From contig CAXXLL010000002.1 of NCBI GenBank assembly GCA_963662545.2, positions 1,120,001-1,184,000 on the forward strand: a stretch of DNA of 64,000 bases. Direction: 5' to 3'. How positions within the stretch are numbered: position 1 is the first letter of the stretch; every line of letters begins with the position of its first letter. Made by a program: the position numbers and the translations under genes. Below are positions 30,451 to 41,599 of the stretch, piece by piece. Origin of the DNA: Gammaproteobacteria bacterium (GTDB lineage: Bacteria > Pseudomonadota > Gammaproteobacteria > Ga0077536). The notes beneath the pieces were generated by a model. It saw only the letters and a program-made list of their open reading frames with translations. It was not told the DNA's origin and searched no databases.

Positions 30451-31612
30451 GGTCATCGTCGGCGCGGAACTCGAGGCCGCGCAGCAGCTCATTCCCAACA
30501 TCGCAGCCCGCGCCAGGGAAATCGAATCAGCGCGCCGCGTACCCGCGGAAATCGTCAAGTCCTTCGTCGACGAAGGCCTCATCGACATGGCGGTCCCCGT
30601 AGCCTACGGCGGCCGCGCGAGCGATCCCCTCGATATCGTCAAGGTGATCGAGGCGATCTCCTACGCCGACGGTTCGACCGGCTGGTGCCTGATGAATTAC
30701 CAGACGAGTGCGCTGGTTTCAGCCTTCCTGCCGCGGACGTGGGGTGAGGCGATCTTCGGCACCAACGAACGCTGCGTTCCCGCGGGCGTCCTCGCGCCGA
30801 CCGCCCGGGGGCGCTTTGTCGACGGCGGTATCGTAGTTAACGGCCGCTGGCGCTTTGGCTCCGGTTGCGACAACGCCAACTGGCTGCTCGGGACCGTCTT
30901 GATGGTCGACGACAACGGCAAGCCGCAAACCAAGGCCGATGGTTCGCCACAGATCCTTTGGTCGATGTTCAGCATGGACCAGATCAGCATCCTCGATACC
31001 TGGTACGTCTCGGGTTTATGCGGCTCGGGCAGCCACGACCTCGAAGTGACCGACGCCTTTGTGCCGGAGGGCCGTTGGCTCGCCTCTCTCGACGATCCCG
31101 CGGTCATCGACGAGCCCTTGTTCCGCTTTCCGATCTTGAGCCTCTTCCCCCCCACCGTCGTCGCGATTCCGCTGGGGATCGCACGCGCCGCACTCGACAG
31201 CTTTCTGGTGCTGGCGCGGGACAAGGTGCCACATGGCGCGGTAGCGCCCCTGGCCCAACGCAGCTCGGCACAGATCGACGCGGCGCGCGCCGAAGCGCTG
31301 ATTGAAGGCGCGCGCGGCTACGTCTATGAGACGACCGACTCTTTATGGAAGTTGGTTCAATGCGGGCAGGACGTGACCAGCGACGCGCGCCGTCGCGTCC
31401 GCCTCGCGGCCTGTCATGCCTGCGAAGCGGCGGCGCAAGCGGTGAACCTGCTCTACCGGGCCGGCGGTGGATCCGCGATCTTCGACGACAATCCGCTGCA
31501 GCGCCATTTTCGCGACATCCATGCCACGACCCAACACATCCAGATCAGTCACGGCAATTTCGAAACGATGGGCAGGCTGCGATTGACGGGGAGTTTAGAC
31601 CTACCGTACTGA
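30440..31612 (+). CDS. Acyl-CoA-dehydrogenase-fold flavin monooxygenase (HsaA-like)
   Basis: DGSTGW, GRWRFGSGC, WYVSGLCGSGSHD, LQRHFRDIH. Confidence 0.88.
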   Translation: MQPEVIVGAELEAAQQLIPNIAARAREIESARRVPAEIVKSFVDEGLIDMAVPVAYGGRASDPLDIVKVIEAISYADGSTGWCLMNYQTSALVSAFLPRTWGEAIFGTNERCVPAGVLAPTARGRFVDGGIVVNGRWRFGSGCDNANWLLGTVLMVDDNGKPQTKADGSPQILWSMFSMDQISILDTWYVSGLCGSGSHDLEVTDAFVPEGRWLASLDDPAVIDEPLFRFPILSLFPPTVVAIPLGIARAALDSFLVLARDKVPHGAVAPLAQRSSAQIDAARAEALIEGARGYVYETTDSLWKLVQCGQDVTSDARRRVRLAACHACEAAAQAVNLLYRAGGGSAIFDDNPLQRHFRDIHATTQHIQISHGNFETMGRLRLTGSLDLPY

Positions 31613-31755
31613 CCGATCGCGCCTCACACCTGCCCCGCAGTAAACGTCATACCGTCCATCTCCATCTTTTCCAGCAATTCTGGCGACAGGTGCTGCACTT
31701 CCTCGCCGATCGCGGGCCGGAAATCGATGTCGTTCATGTCATGGACGCCGCCGGT
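31099..31755. repeat. Left long direct repeat (657 bp)
   Basis: Ungapped match to 62089-62745, about 38 mismatches by manual count (~94%). Confidence 0.95.
31624..31755 (-). pseudogene. 3' fragment of the cupin gene (full copy 62614-63186)
   Basis: Matches only the last ~43 codons. Confidence 0.88.
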
Positions 31756-31919
31756 AATTGCGATAGACCACTTAATTGCTTTTCACGCTGAACGTAGTTC
31801 GCAAGCAAACGTTCGACACGAAACTGGAGTTCGACGTCGGTCAGGGACTAAAGATTCACACACTAGCTCCGCGATGAACTGCTGGTGAACCAATAGGCGC
31901 TCATTTTGCCTTTACCTGT

Positions 31920-32334
31920 TCAAGCGTCGTCGCCACCGGCGCCGACTACGGCGACGGCTTCGATCTCCACTAAAAGATCTCGCAGCACCAGGCTCTTGAC
32001 CTCGACGAGCGTGCTCGCGGGGCAGTCGCTCGGGAAGAATTCGCCAAAGACGCTATCGTAAGTTGAAACCATCCCTGCAGTTCGCTGAACACAGAAGGTG
32101 GTCGCGCACCTTGACCACATCGCGCATCGTCGCGCCCTTTTTCGCGAGGACCGCCTGGATATTCTCAAGCGCTTGTCGCGTCTGCACGGCTATATCTCCC
32201 GGCCCGACTACACGGCCATCGTCGCCAAGCGCCACCTGCCCGGAGACGTAGATCGTGGGCCCGATCTTGACGCCTTGAGAATAATGCATCTTCTGGTCCC
32301 ACGCCGTGTCTCGATGAATCATTTCTTTATTCAT
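31920..32334 (-). pseudogene. RidA family protein, frameshifted
   Basis: YSQGVK..IYVSGQV in one frame, PASTLVEVKSL..LVEIEAVA in another. Confidence 0.8.
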
Positions 32335-34409
32335 GCTGCCTCCTTCGAAGCCCTCTCTATGAGCCGGTAGGCGCTCGGTGTTACCTTGAGGACCGCATCG
32401 TCAAATACGACGACCGTGGTCCCGACTTCCTCGACGATGGCGGGGCCAGCTACACTGTAACCGGCCGGTAAAGAGGCGCCTTGGTAGACCGGTGTCTCGA
32501 CGAAGCCACCGCTGGTTTCGAAGAACACCGGCCGCGTTGGCGGACTCGTTGGTTCCTCAACGCCATTCGCAGCGGCGTTCGTAATCGCGGGTTGCCGAAG
32601 GTGTCCGGAGACGACACTCCCCACGGTGATCAATTCGCACAATGGATTATCGCGCTCGGCGTAGGCATACAGAGCTTCGTGCGCATCGTGAAATCGCTCG
32701 ATGACCTCGGCTAAGAGGTCGGTCGTTACCGTCGTCATCGGCATGCTCACGCTGCACTCGTACATCTGGCCCGCATAGCGCAGATCGAATCGCCGCACGA
32801 TCTCGATGTGCTTTTGCGCGATCCCTTCCCGTGCCAACACCTCACGCCCCTGTTCTTCCATGCCGGCGAATAGTGCTTCCAACTTTGCTGGATCGGCATC
32901 GCTGATTCGGCATGGTGTCGAGCGCGTGTAACTATGGCGGAGATCCGCCACGATCTCGCCGAAGGCGCAGAAGTTCGATGCCACCCGCGGTATGAGCACC
33001 TCGACGAGGCCGAGCTCGCGTGCGAGCATCCACGCGTGTATGGGACCGCAGCCACCGCCGACGACTAATAAAAAACCGCGTGGGTCGTGCCCGCGCTCGA
33101 TCGATACCTCGCGGATCGCGCGCGACATCGTATTGTTGACGACGGCATACACGGCGAGCGCCGCCTGTTCGAGAGAAAGGCCCAGGGGTGTGGCGATTTG
33201 TTCATGCAGGGCCCGCTCCGCGGGTTCGCGATGCAAGATGATCTGACCGCTCAGCGGCCGTTCCGCTTCGAGGTATCCGAGAATCAGATCCGCATCCGTC
33301 ACCGTCGCGCATTCGCCGCCCCTCCCGTAACACGCAGGGCCGGGATCGGCGCCGGCGCTGATCGGTCCGACTTGCAGCAAACCGCCGGCGTCGACCCGGG
33401 CGATACTCCCCCCGCCGGCGCCGACCGCATGGATGTCTATCATCGGAATCCCAAGGCGGTAGCGGTGAAAGTCGACGCCTTTGACGATATCGGGCTCGCC
33501 GTTGTGGACCAGACAAACGTCGAAACTCGTACCGCCCATGTCGACGGTAAGGAGATCCGTTCGGCCGTGTTGACGCGCATGGAATAACCCTGCCGCGGGA
33601 CCGGCAGCGGGACCCGACCCGAGTGCATAGACGGGCCGGCGCATGATTTCGCTGGCTGATGCGAGCCCGGCATTCGATTGCATAAAGCACACCGCACCGC
33701 GGTAGCCCAAGGACTGCAAGAAAGACTCGACATCACGCGCATAGCGTTGAACGACGGGCCCAATATAGGCGTTAATTACGGTGGTGCTGGTGCGGTCGTA
33801 CTCGCGGATCTCCGGTAGCACATCGACCGACAGCGAAACGTAGGTCTCGGGCAATTCCGCGGCGAGAATCTCGCCCACGCGGCGCTCGTGGTCCTCGTTG
33901 CGAAACGACCAGAGAAAGCATACGGCAATGGCTTCAACGTCATGCTGCCGGAATACCTCGATGGCCGCTCGTACATCGTTTTCCACCAGCGCCTGGTGAA
34001 TGAGTCCATCTTTGGTGACCCGTTCTCGAACCGGCTGTCGCAGCGTACGCGGCACTAAGGTCGGCGGCGGCGAGTATTGCCAATCGTACCGGCGTTCTTT
34101 GGCGCCGAGCCTTATCTCCAGGGAATCGCGAAATCCCTCTGTGCACAGCAGTCCGGTACGCGCGCCTTTGTGCTCGAGCAGGGCATTGAGTGCCACCGTC
34201 GAACCGTGGACGACGAGCTCTGTTTGTTCGAGCAGTCGCGATACGTCACAGTCGATTGTAGCTGCGAGAGCGTCCAGACCTTCGGCGATGGATTTCGATG
34301 GATCAGTGGGGGTGGATAAGGTCTTCGCGATATTGATGCGGCCATCAGCATCGATCGCAATGAGGTCGGTGAACGTCCCACCGACATCAATGCCGAGCCG
34401 TATCGTCAC
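32331..34409 (-). CDS. Hydantoinase/5-oxoprolinase subunit A
   Basis: GIDVGGTFTD, DMGGTSFD, GAGGGSIA, SAGADPGPACY. Confidence 0.94.
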   Translation of the reverse strand: MTIRLGIDVGGTFTDLIAIDADGRINIAKTLSTPTDPSKSIAEGLDALAATIDCDVSRLLEQTELVVHGSTVALNALLEHKGARTGLLCTEGFRDSLEIRLGAKERRYDWQYSPPPTLVPRTLRQPVRERVTKDGLIHQALVENDVRAAIEVFRQHDVEAIAVCFLWSFRNEDHERRVGEILAAELPETYVSLSVDVLPEIREYDRTSTTVINAYIGPVVQRYARDVESFLQSLGYRGAVCFMQSNAGLASASEIMRRPVYALGSGPAAGPAAGLFHARQHGRTDLLTVDMGGTSFDVCLVHNGEPDIVKGVDFHRYRLGIPMIDIHAVGAGGGSIARVDAGGLLQVGPISAGADPGPACYGRGGECATVTDADLILGYLEAERPLSGQIILHREPAERALHEQIATPLGLSLEQAALAVYAVVNNTMSRAIREVSIERGHDPRGFLLVVGGGCGPIHAWMLARELGLVEVLIPRVASNFCAFGEIVADLRHSYTRSTPCRISDADPAKLEALFAGMEEQGREVLAREGIAQKHIEIVRRFDLRYAGQMYECSVSMPMTTVTTDLLAEVIERFHDAHEALYAYAERDNPLCELITVGSVVSGHLRQPAITNAAANGVEEPTSPPTRPVFFETSGGFVETPVYQGASLPAGYSVAGPAIVEEVGTTVVVFDDAVLKVTPSAYRLIERASKEAA

Positions 34410-36172
34410 GCAATGTTCCGATCGGCAGCGCCACGACGGGCTGCCGTCGCGGCGGCGTCCACTTTGAAGGTTTCTGGATCGATCACCACGCCGTATTCCT
34501 CCGCCGCGCGCTCTACACTGACCAGCCCGGTTTGCACGTCCGACCGTACGGCTTGGACGTCACGCTCGAACGGGTCACCAACGCCGCCGCCGCCCGGCGG
34601 ATAAGAGTGGTAGACATCACCGGGAGACAACTCGACCAGGGCATGATGTTTGAGTTCTTCACGGCGCCCGTCGGCACGCACGACCCAGCGCCGATAGATG
34701 CGTTCGACGTTGAGTTCGGATCCGGCACCGGCCAGACTCGGTGGCGGAATGGCCACCCCTTCGCCGATGCTGGAAAGCTGGGTGGTGTGGCCGATCGGCT
34801 CGATCGCATAGCGTCCGCCGAGCCCGCCGCGCCAGCGACCAGGACAGGCCGAATCAGGCTCGAGCTCGTAGAAGTGCGTGTGTATGGGATATTCGTGTTC
34901 GGTCAGCTCGATGTCACCGGTTAGCATCGCGCCACCCGTGGCGACCGTGCCAATGCAGCTCCAACCATCGAGACCGTACGATGCACCGCCGCCGCCCATT
35001 AAACCGGGAACCGCAGAGAAGACGTAGACTTCATCGTCAAGCGGATCAGGCGCCGTCCAAATCGAGAAACACATGTGGCTGGAACCGGCGACGCTGCGTT
35101 TAGGCAGTGCCTTACTCAAAGCGTCGCGTACCGACTCGACGATGCTGTCGAAAGGAGTGGTCGTGGACATCGAGCATGCCGCCGGCTCGACAGCATTCAG
35201 CATCGTGCCGGGCGGTCCGAAATCCATTTCGATGGCACGGTATGCACCCGCGTTGTGCGGAATCTCAGGATCGATGTAGGTGACGACGCCGAGCAGGATC
35301 GCGCTCGACGTAACCGAGTAGTAGCAGTTGAAATAACTCGGCAGCTGGGGACGGCTGCGCATGGCTACGCGAATATCGCTGCCTTCGATCTGAATCTCAC
35401 ACTCAATCCGACTTTGGCCGGACCCATGCCCGTCGTCCTCGACCCACGAAGTGCCCAAATAAGTGCCGTCCGGAATGCGCTCGATTTCCTCGCGCATCCG
35501 AACCTCGGCAGCGTCGAGCAGCGCCGCCACGGAGGCTCGTATCGTGTCGATACCATAACGCTCCACCAACGCCACGAGTCTGCGCTCGGCGAGATCGACG
35601 GCGCCGATCTGTGCGCGGATGTCGCCACGCGTGTGGCGCGAAGTGCGTACCGATCCCACGATGAGGTCGAAGATATCGCGGCGGAGCTTACCGCGTTCAA
35701 CGAGTTTGATCGGCGAGATGCGCAGGCCCTCGGCATACATATCCTCGGCGAGCGGGTTGTATCCACCTGCAACGCCGCCGCCCGTATCCGAAAGATGGGC
35801 ATTACACGCCACCCAGAACAGCAACTCATCGTCGTAGAAAACTGGCTTGAGCGCGCAACAGTCCGGTTTGTGCGAGCCCCCAGTGGCGGGGCTGTTGTGG
35901 TACATCACGTCGCCGGGTTCGATCTCGCCTGCGAAATACCGCGCGACCGACTCTGCACTGCTTTGCAGAGCGCCTAAATGGACCGGTATATCCTCACCCT
36001 GCATCAGTTGCTGGGGGATCGCATCGAGCACGGCGTTTGAATAGTCGCGGGCAAGCTTGAGAACTGGCGATCGACTCGTACGATCGATAGTAATCCCCAT
36101 CTCCCGCGTCACCGACTTGAGCGTACCGTTTACGACGGCCAGCGTTACCGGATCAACCGCTGAGAGCGTCAC
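34406..36172 (-). CDS. Hydantoinase/5-oxoprolinase subunit B
   Basis: DPVTLAV, GGSHKPD, HLSDTGG, PGGGGVGDPFER. Confidence 0.94.
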   Translation of the reverse strand: MTLSAVDPVTLAVVNGTLKSVTREMGITIDRTSRSPVLKLARDYSNAVLDAIPQQLMQGEDIPVHLGALQSSAESVARYFAGEIEPGDVMYHNSPATGGSHKPDCCALKPVFYDDELLFWVACNAHLSDTGGGVAGGYNPLAEDMYAEGLRISPIKLVERGKLRRDIFDLIVGSVRTSRHTRGDIRAQIGAVDLAERRLVALVERYGIDTIRASVAALLDAAEVRMREEIERIPDGTYLGTSWVEDDGHGSGQSRIECEIQIEGSDIRVAMRSRPQLPSYFNCYYSVTSSAILLGVVTYIDPEIPHNAGAYRAIEMDFGPPGTMLNAVEPAACSMSTTTPFDSIVESVRDALSKALPKRSVAGSSHMCFSIWTAPDPLDDEVYVFSAVPGLMGGGGASYGLDGWSCIGTVATGGAMLTGDIELTEHEYPIHTHFYELEPDSACPGRWRGGLGGRYAIEPIGHTTQLSSIGEGVAIPPPSLAGAGSELNVERIYRRWVVRADGRREELKHHALVELSPGDVYHSYPPGGGGVGDPFERDVQAVRSDVQTGLVSVERAAEEYGVVIDPETFKVDAAATAARRGAADRNIA

Positions 36173-36283
36173 GGCTTCACCTGAACGGTCATCTCGATCT
36201 CGATTGGCGCATCGTAGGTGAGTTCATTCTGATGCAAGGCGGCCCGGGCATGCCGACCCGTTTCCACACCGAACACCTCGACC
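36169..36283 (-). pseudogene. C-terminal remnant of a second RidA-like gene cut by IS6
   Basis: VEVFGVETGRHARAA...APIEIEMTVQVKP-stop abutting the IS6 IR. Confidence 0.65.
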
Positions 36284-37075
36284 GATATTGTCACATTAAT
36301 CAACGATTAGGCAAAGTGGTGGGTTGAAAATATCCAACGGCCACTATCGCCGGCACCGTTTCCCACCCACGATCATCCAATATCCGGTCTGGCTCTATCA
36401 TCGACTTAGTTTGAGCTTCCGTGATATGGAAGATTTGCTCGCGGAACGCGGCATTCAGGTGTCCTTTGAAACGGTCCGTCGCTGGTGCATAAATTTCGGA
36501 CCTAGATACGCATCACGCTTGAGAAAAAGAAGCTGCGGATATGGCGATACGTGGTAGGTCGACGAGGTGTTCATTCGAATTAATGGTCAACTACGTCATC
36601 TATACAGAGCAGTCGACCAGGACGGGGACGCCATTGATATTCTTGTCCAAAATAAACGCGATGCTCGCGCAGCAAAGAAATTCTTCCGAAGGCTGATTAA
36701 GCGACATGGGGGAACGCCGAGGGTTCTCGTCACCGACAAATTGAGAAGCTATCCGCCTGCTGCTGAAGACGTCATGCCCGATTCAATTCACGTCACTGAG
36801 CAACATTCGAATAATCGTGCAGAACTTCCTCATCATTCGACGCGTCAGCGGGATCGGAGAATGCGGCGATTCAAATCAATCACCCAGGCGCAACTATTTC
36901 TTTCAATTCAAGCCGCGGTATAAAATCTATTCAATCTTGGGCGCCATTTGCTTGCCGCCAAGAACTATCGATTGTTCAGACTACGGGCGTTTGCGTCTTG
37001 GCAAATTGCAACGAGTACCTAAATGACCACAACTCGGTGATTTATATATCGAGTTAAAGTTAACGTGACAATACC
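36284..37075 (+). mobile_element. IS6 family element with inactivated transposase
   Basis: IRs GATATTGTCACATTAA / TTAACGTGACAATACC; YRRHRFP, LYRAVDQDG, VTDKLRSY; in-frame stops at 36555 and 36921. Confidence 0.92.
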
Positions 37076-38433
37076 GCCGCGAACGCCCCTTGGTCTTGCA
37101 TTTCTTCGATGACAGTGCGCATCGCGTTCAAGGTATAGCCGATGTCATCGCCGCCATGCGCGCCCGACAGCCAACCGAGGCGCCCGGCATAAAAGTAGAT
37201 GCCGTGCTTCAGCAGGCGTTCGTGGAACGTGCGGATCGCATTCTGATCAGCGTCTTCGGCTTCGCGCGCCGAGCGTACGTGTTCGGTGGTGAAATGGATG
37301 TGGAACAAGGCGCCCACGCCCGTGACGTCCGCGGCGATCGAACACTCCGCGACGATATCGCGTAAGCCGTTGCGGATCATTTCGCCAATTTCGTTGGTAT
37401 GCTGGACAGTGTTCTCTTGCTCCATCGTGTCGAGGGTCGCGATGCCGGCCGCGACACTCATCGGAAAGGCGCTGAACGTGCCCGATTGAAAAACGTAGTC
37501 GTCGGGATGGTGTAAGACTGACACCACATCCATGATGTCCTGGTGTCCACCGACCGCGGCAAGGGGCATGCCGCCACCGATGGCTTTTCCAAGTACGGTC
37601 AGATCGGGCATCACATCGTAATAGGCTTGCCCGCCACCCATCGCGAGACGAAATCCCGTGATCACTTCATCGAAGCAGAGGAGTATGCCGTGCTTACGCG
37701 TGATTGAACGGAGGCCGTTAAGAAAATCCGGCTCCGCCGGAATGGCGCCCGCGAATCCAAGCATCGGCTCGATCAGGATCAAGGCCAGGTCGTCCGCGTG
37801 TTGCTCGATGATTTGCCGGCACGCTTCGCCGTCATTGAAGGGCAGGACTACTGTGAGGTCGAGGATTTCCGGTGGTAAGTTACAGTGATAGGGAATCCGC
37901 TCGGGGGCCGATTTGTCACCCCGTTCGGCAGCCGGAGCCGCGATCGACACCATGACGTTGTCCGCTTGGCCGTGATAAGCACCCTCAAATTTTGCGATCC
38001 GTTTGCGGCCGGTATATTTGCGCGCGATACGGATAGCGGCTTGGACGGCTTCGGTGCCCGTCGGTAGAAAGCGGATGTGCTCGATGCTCGGCAGGTAATG
38101 GGTCAGGCGCTCGGCAAGCTCGATCTGCCCTTCGCCGACGCCGAGATTCGGGATCGCTCGATCGACAGCCGCATGCACGGCCGCAACGATGGCGGGATGC
38201 CGATGTCCCAATACCAACGGTCCGGCACCCAACATGTAATCGATATAGTCCGCGCCGTCCACGTCGACGATGCGTGCGCCTTCGGCGTGCGAGAGGTACA
38301 GAGGCTGGGGTGAGCGCAACTGCGAATACCCCGCGATCCCGTCCGGCATGACGGCGCAGGCGCGATCGTGAAAGACCGCCGAACCACTAGCGTCTGACCG
38401 CGCGCGAGATTCAGTTTCGGATGCGTTGCCCAT
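37060..38433 (-). CDS. Class III PLP aminotransferase (GSA-aminomutase-like)
   Basis: TGTEA, FEGAYHG, FDEVITGFR, LGKAIGGG; last codons supplied by the IS6 IR. Confidence 0.9.
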   Translation of the reverse strand: MGNASETESRARSDASGSAVFHDRACAVMPDGIAGYSQLRSPQPLYLSHAEGARIVDVDGADYIDYMLGAGPLVLGHRHPAIVAAVHAAVDRAIPNLGVGEGQIELAERLTHYLPSIEHIRFLPTGTEAVQAAIRIARKYTGRKRIAKFEGAYHGQADNVMVSIAAPAAERGDKSAPERIPYHCNLPPEILDLTVVLPFNDGEACRQIIEQHADDLALILIEPMLGFAGAIPAEPDFLNGLRSITRKHGILLCFDEVITGFRLAMGGGQAYYDVMPDLTVLGKAIGGGMPLAAVGGHQDIMDVVSVLHHPDDYVFQSGTFSAFPMSVAAGIATLDTMEQENTVQHTNEIGEMIRNGLRDIVAECSIAADVTGVGALFHIHFTTEHVRSAREAEDADQNAIRTFHERLLKHGIYFYAGRLGWLSGAHGGDDIGYTLNAMRTVIEEMQDQGAFAAVLSR

Positions 38434-38670
38434 GGTGTCGGCTCCTGTTTGTTTTTATCGGCGAGCAGGTCCCGCAAATTGTCGTCGATGGCCTGTTTAT
38501 CGCGCTCATTCATACAAAACATCGTGAAGTGTGCCCACACTGAATCGATCAAGCGGTATTCACTGCTCGGGATCAAATCGGCTTCCGCTTTGCAGTCAGC
38601 CGGCGGGAAGAACATATCGTTGCCAAACGGCATGACGAACGTCATCGCTTTGATCCGCCCCAGCGCGGCA
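38430..38670 (-). pseudogene. C-terminal fragment of a MetX-like alpha/beta hydrolase
   Basis: ALGRIKA..DMFFPP..IDSVWAH; no N-terminal half; boundaries approximate. Confidence 0.6.
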
Positions 38671-39249
38671 TATAGGTAGCATAAACGCCCGATCCGGTGT
38701 TTTTCAAATCTATTGAGCGGCGTTTCGTGGCGCTGGTATTCGCGTGCGGCGCAGCGACTGGTTTGGATTGTGCCGTCGTCGTGCTGGTACACCGAAAATC
38801 GCCCGTTTTGGCGCCCGGGCCGAGTGAATTCCTGCCATGCCCAAGCGGGGCATAGCCCATTTATATGGGCCGAGATTCTCAGGCCAGGTCGAACAGGCCG
38901 GTCGGGGGTGGGGCGCGGGGTTCGGGCAACGCTTCAAGGACGACTCATTGGCGGGTAATCATATCGGGGTCCTGGATCCGACCCTGTCTTTCGGTACCGT
39001 CTTCACGGTCGGTCACAGCTGCCGACCTGCGCGCGCTCGACCTCATCGGTTACGACTACGCGCCAGACTTCGCCCTCCTAGAAACCGCTCATTGACTCCG
39101 CACTCATGTGTTCGCGGTCCGCCACTTATCCCTAAAGCGACACGTATGAACTTGTCTCAATATTATCTGCATGTGCGGCGCGCCCTTCTACGCGCGTTTT
39201 AGATCATAATCGCTCCACCGCCCACGACGCGGATACGAGACGAAAGGCC

Positions 39250-40455
39250 ATGAAATACGACGCGATCGTTGTCGGAGCGCGTTGCGCGGGCGCGCCGACG
39301 GCCATGTTGCTTGCGAGAAAAGGCTACGACGTTCTCCTTGTCGACCGCGCCATCTTTCCAAGCAACATGGTCCAGTCCACCCATTTAATCCATAACTCGG
39401 GCATCGCCTACCTCAAACGCTGGGGATTGTTGCAAGAAATCGAGGAACGCTGCACCGCATTTAACCGATGGACCTTTGATCTACACGGCGTTGCGCTCAC
39501 CGCAGAGCTACCTCCCGTAGAAGGGGTTGACTTATCGTACGCGCCCCGGCGGCAAATGCTCGACAATATTCTGGTGCGTGCAGCCGAGCGTGCGGGCGTC
39601 GAAGTCCGTGAAGGATGCCGGGTCACGAATCTGACCTTCGAGAACGACCGCGTATGTGGTATCCAGGCTAAGAGTCCGAGCGGCAAGAAATTTACTGAAA
39701 GCGCGCAGATCGTCATCGGTGCGGATGGTGCGGCATCGATCGTAGCCCGTTGCGCGAAGGCAGATGAACGTGAGTGCGAACCTATCGCGCAAAGCGTTCT
39801 GTGGACTTATTACACTGACCTGCCAATTGATCATTTCATATTGTATAGCCGCGAGCATGCCGGCGCCTTCGCATTTCCATGCAATGACGGCATCGCCGTC
39901 ATTGCCGCGAACCTGACGTATGAAGATTTCATCACAGCCAAAGCCGATCGGGATCGTGCTTTTCGCGATATGCTCGATTACGTAGTGCCGGAGATCGCGG
40001 AGATGCTCGCAGAAGGCCAGCAGGTCGACCGTTTGTTTGCCGGCTGCACGCGGATGTTCGTGCGCGAGGCCTATGGTCCAGGTTGGGCTCTCGTCGGCGA
40101 CGCTGGTATGAAGAAGGACCCCATCTCCGCGCAAGGGATCGCGGTTGCGTTCGAGTACGCGCAAAAGCTCGCCGATGCGATCGACGAAGGACTCGCCGGT
40201 CGATGCGACCTCGAGCTTGCACTGCAAGTTTATGAGCAGGAACGTGACGACCGTTTGATGCCGTTTTATGACTTTACCGTAGAGCTGGCAAAGCTCGCCA
40301 AGCCAACCCCTGAGCAACTTGCCCTGTATCGAGCGTTGCAAGGCAAACCGGATGATATTGGGCAATTATTCGGCTGCGTTACGCTTGCGGTATCTCCCGA
40401 TGAATTCTTCGCGCCCGATAATATTGCTCGAATAGTGGGAATGGCTTCACTTTAG
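39250..40455 (+). CDS. FAD-dependent oxidoreductase (geranylgeranyl-reductase-like)
   Basis: VVGARCAG, IGADG, WALVGDAG..KDP..AQG. Confidence 0.9.
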   Translation: MKYDAIVVGARCAGAPTAMLLARKGYDVLLVDRAIFPSNMVQSTHLIHNSGIAYLKRWGLLQEIEERCTAFNRWTFDLHGVALTAELPPVEGVDLSYAPRRQMLDNILVRAAERAGVEVREGCRVTNLTFENDRVCGIQAKSPSGKKFTESAQIVIGADGAASIVARCAKADERECEPIAQSVLWTYYTDLPIDHFILYSREHAGAFAFPCNDGIAVIAANLTYEDFITAKADRDRAFRDMLDYVVPEIAEMLAEGQQVDRLFAGCTRMFVREAYGPGWALVGDAGMKKDPISAQGIAVAFEYAQKLADAIDEGLAGRCDLELALQVYEQERDDRLMPFYDFTVELAKLAKPTPEQLALYRALQGKPDDIGQLFGCVTLAVSPDEFFAPDNIARIVGMASL

Positions 40456-40633
40456 TGCGACAAGAATCTGCGCTTTGCCCGCGACCGGTGGATCAGCCCC
40501 AAGTGTAGTTCAGATCGATCAAATTGGACTGCCGGCGTGATGAAAAGCGGGATCAAACGGATACCGTGTAGCAAACCGGTGCTCATGGAGCTAAGCTCAT
40601 ATGGGGTTCACCCGTAGCGAGCGGAGGGCAGAA

Positions 40634-41227
40634 ATGACCAAGAGCGAATCCGTCAAACACTTCATCGTCTCTGAAAACGGCGATATGCCGAATAACGGCG
40701 CGCTTCCTGTAATCCTGTACAAAGGTGCGGCGGACTTCGGCGACCGGGAGCCAGAGAGTGTATTTGAAGAAAAGTTTGCACAACACAATTGGGGTAACGG
40801 CTGGCGTGTTGAGAGCATTTACCACTTTCATCATTTCCATTCTGACGCACATGAAGTGGTCGGTATTGCGCGCGGCGCCGCCACACTCCAGATCGGCGGC
40901 CCCGACGGCCCGATCATCGAGGTGGAAGCGGGCGATGCCGCCGTCATCCCCGCCGGCGTCGGACATTGCAGGCTGGACAATGCGCCGGGACTTTCCGTGG
41001 TCGGTGCCTACCCGCCAGAACAAGGGCCCGATGTTTGCGTTATCACCGAGGAAGACCTTCAGAAAGCGCGCGATGAAAACGCCGATGCAGACGGATGCAT
41101 CATTCGGCTGTTCGGAAAAGATGAACGGGATACCGTGCGTGCGAGCATCGACGGCACCGCGTTACCGCCCACCGATCCACTGACAGGTAACGACGGCCCC
41201 GTCATGAACCTCTGGCAGAAAGGCTAG
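40634..41227 (+). CDS. YjlB-like cupin
   Basis: PNN..LPV, FHHFHSDAHEV, IPAGVGH, VVGAYP. Confidence 0.85.
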   Translation: MTKSESVKHFIVSENGDMPNNGALPVILYKGAADFGDREPESVFEEKFAQHNWGNGWRVESIYHFHHFHSDAHEVVGIARGAATLQIGGPDGPIIEVEAGDAAVIPAGVGHCRLDNAPGLSVVGAYPPEQGPDVCVITEEDLQKARDENADADGCIIRLFGKDERDTVRASIDGTALPPTDPLTGNDGPVMNLWQKG

Positions 41228-41599
41228 ACCTCAGACAAGGTACGGATAAAGGTCCGGCGCAGTAGCAACCGCTCCGGCCCTTTACACTCCCCAACATGAT
41301 TTATTCCTGTCACTCGGGAAATCGGCAGAAATCGGGGACGTACCACGTTTTAGGTTGTAAAGCGTTGTGTGTCCCTCAATTCTTAAACATGCATTTCTTA
41401 AACGTGGTACATCCCCAAATATTCCGTCCCTAAATACTCCCTGCGAGTCGGTAGTGTGCGGCGCGCTTTTACGATTCCGATGGAAGACCCAGCGTGTTTA
41501 GTCAAATAAGTCAACTCCGGCACCCGCCCCCCGCACTCGGCGAGTCAGGGCGTTAAGTCCGGTGTCAGGATCCTTCTGGAAATTCCAATGAGCGTAATA

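Noticed and set aside
38930-39095. Metalloprotease-like fragment (IGVLDPTL..ADLRALDLIGYD)
   Set aside because: Short, frameshifted, no catalytic motif
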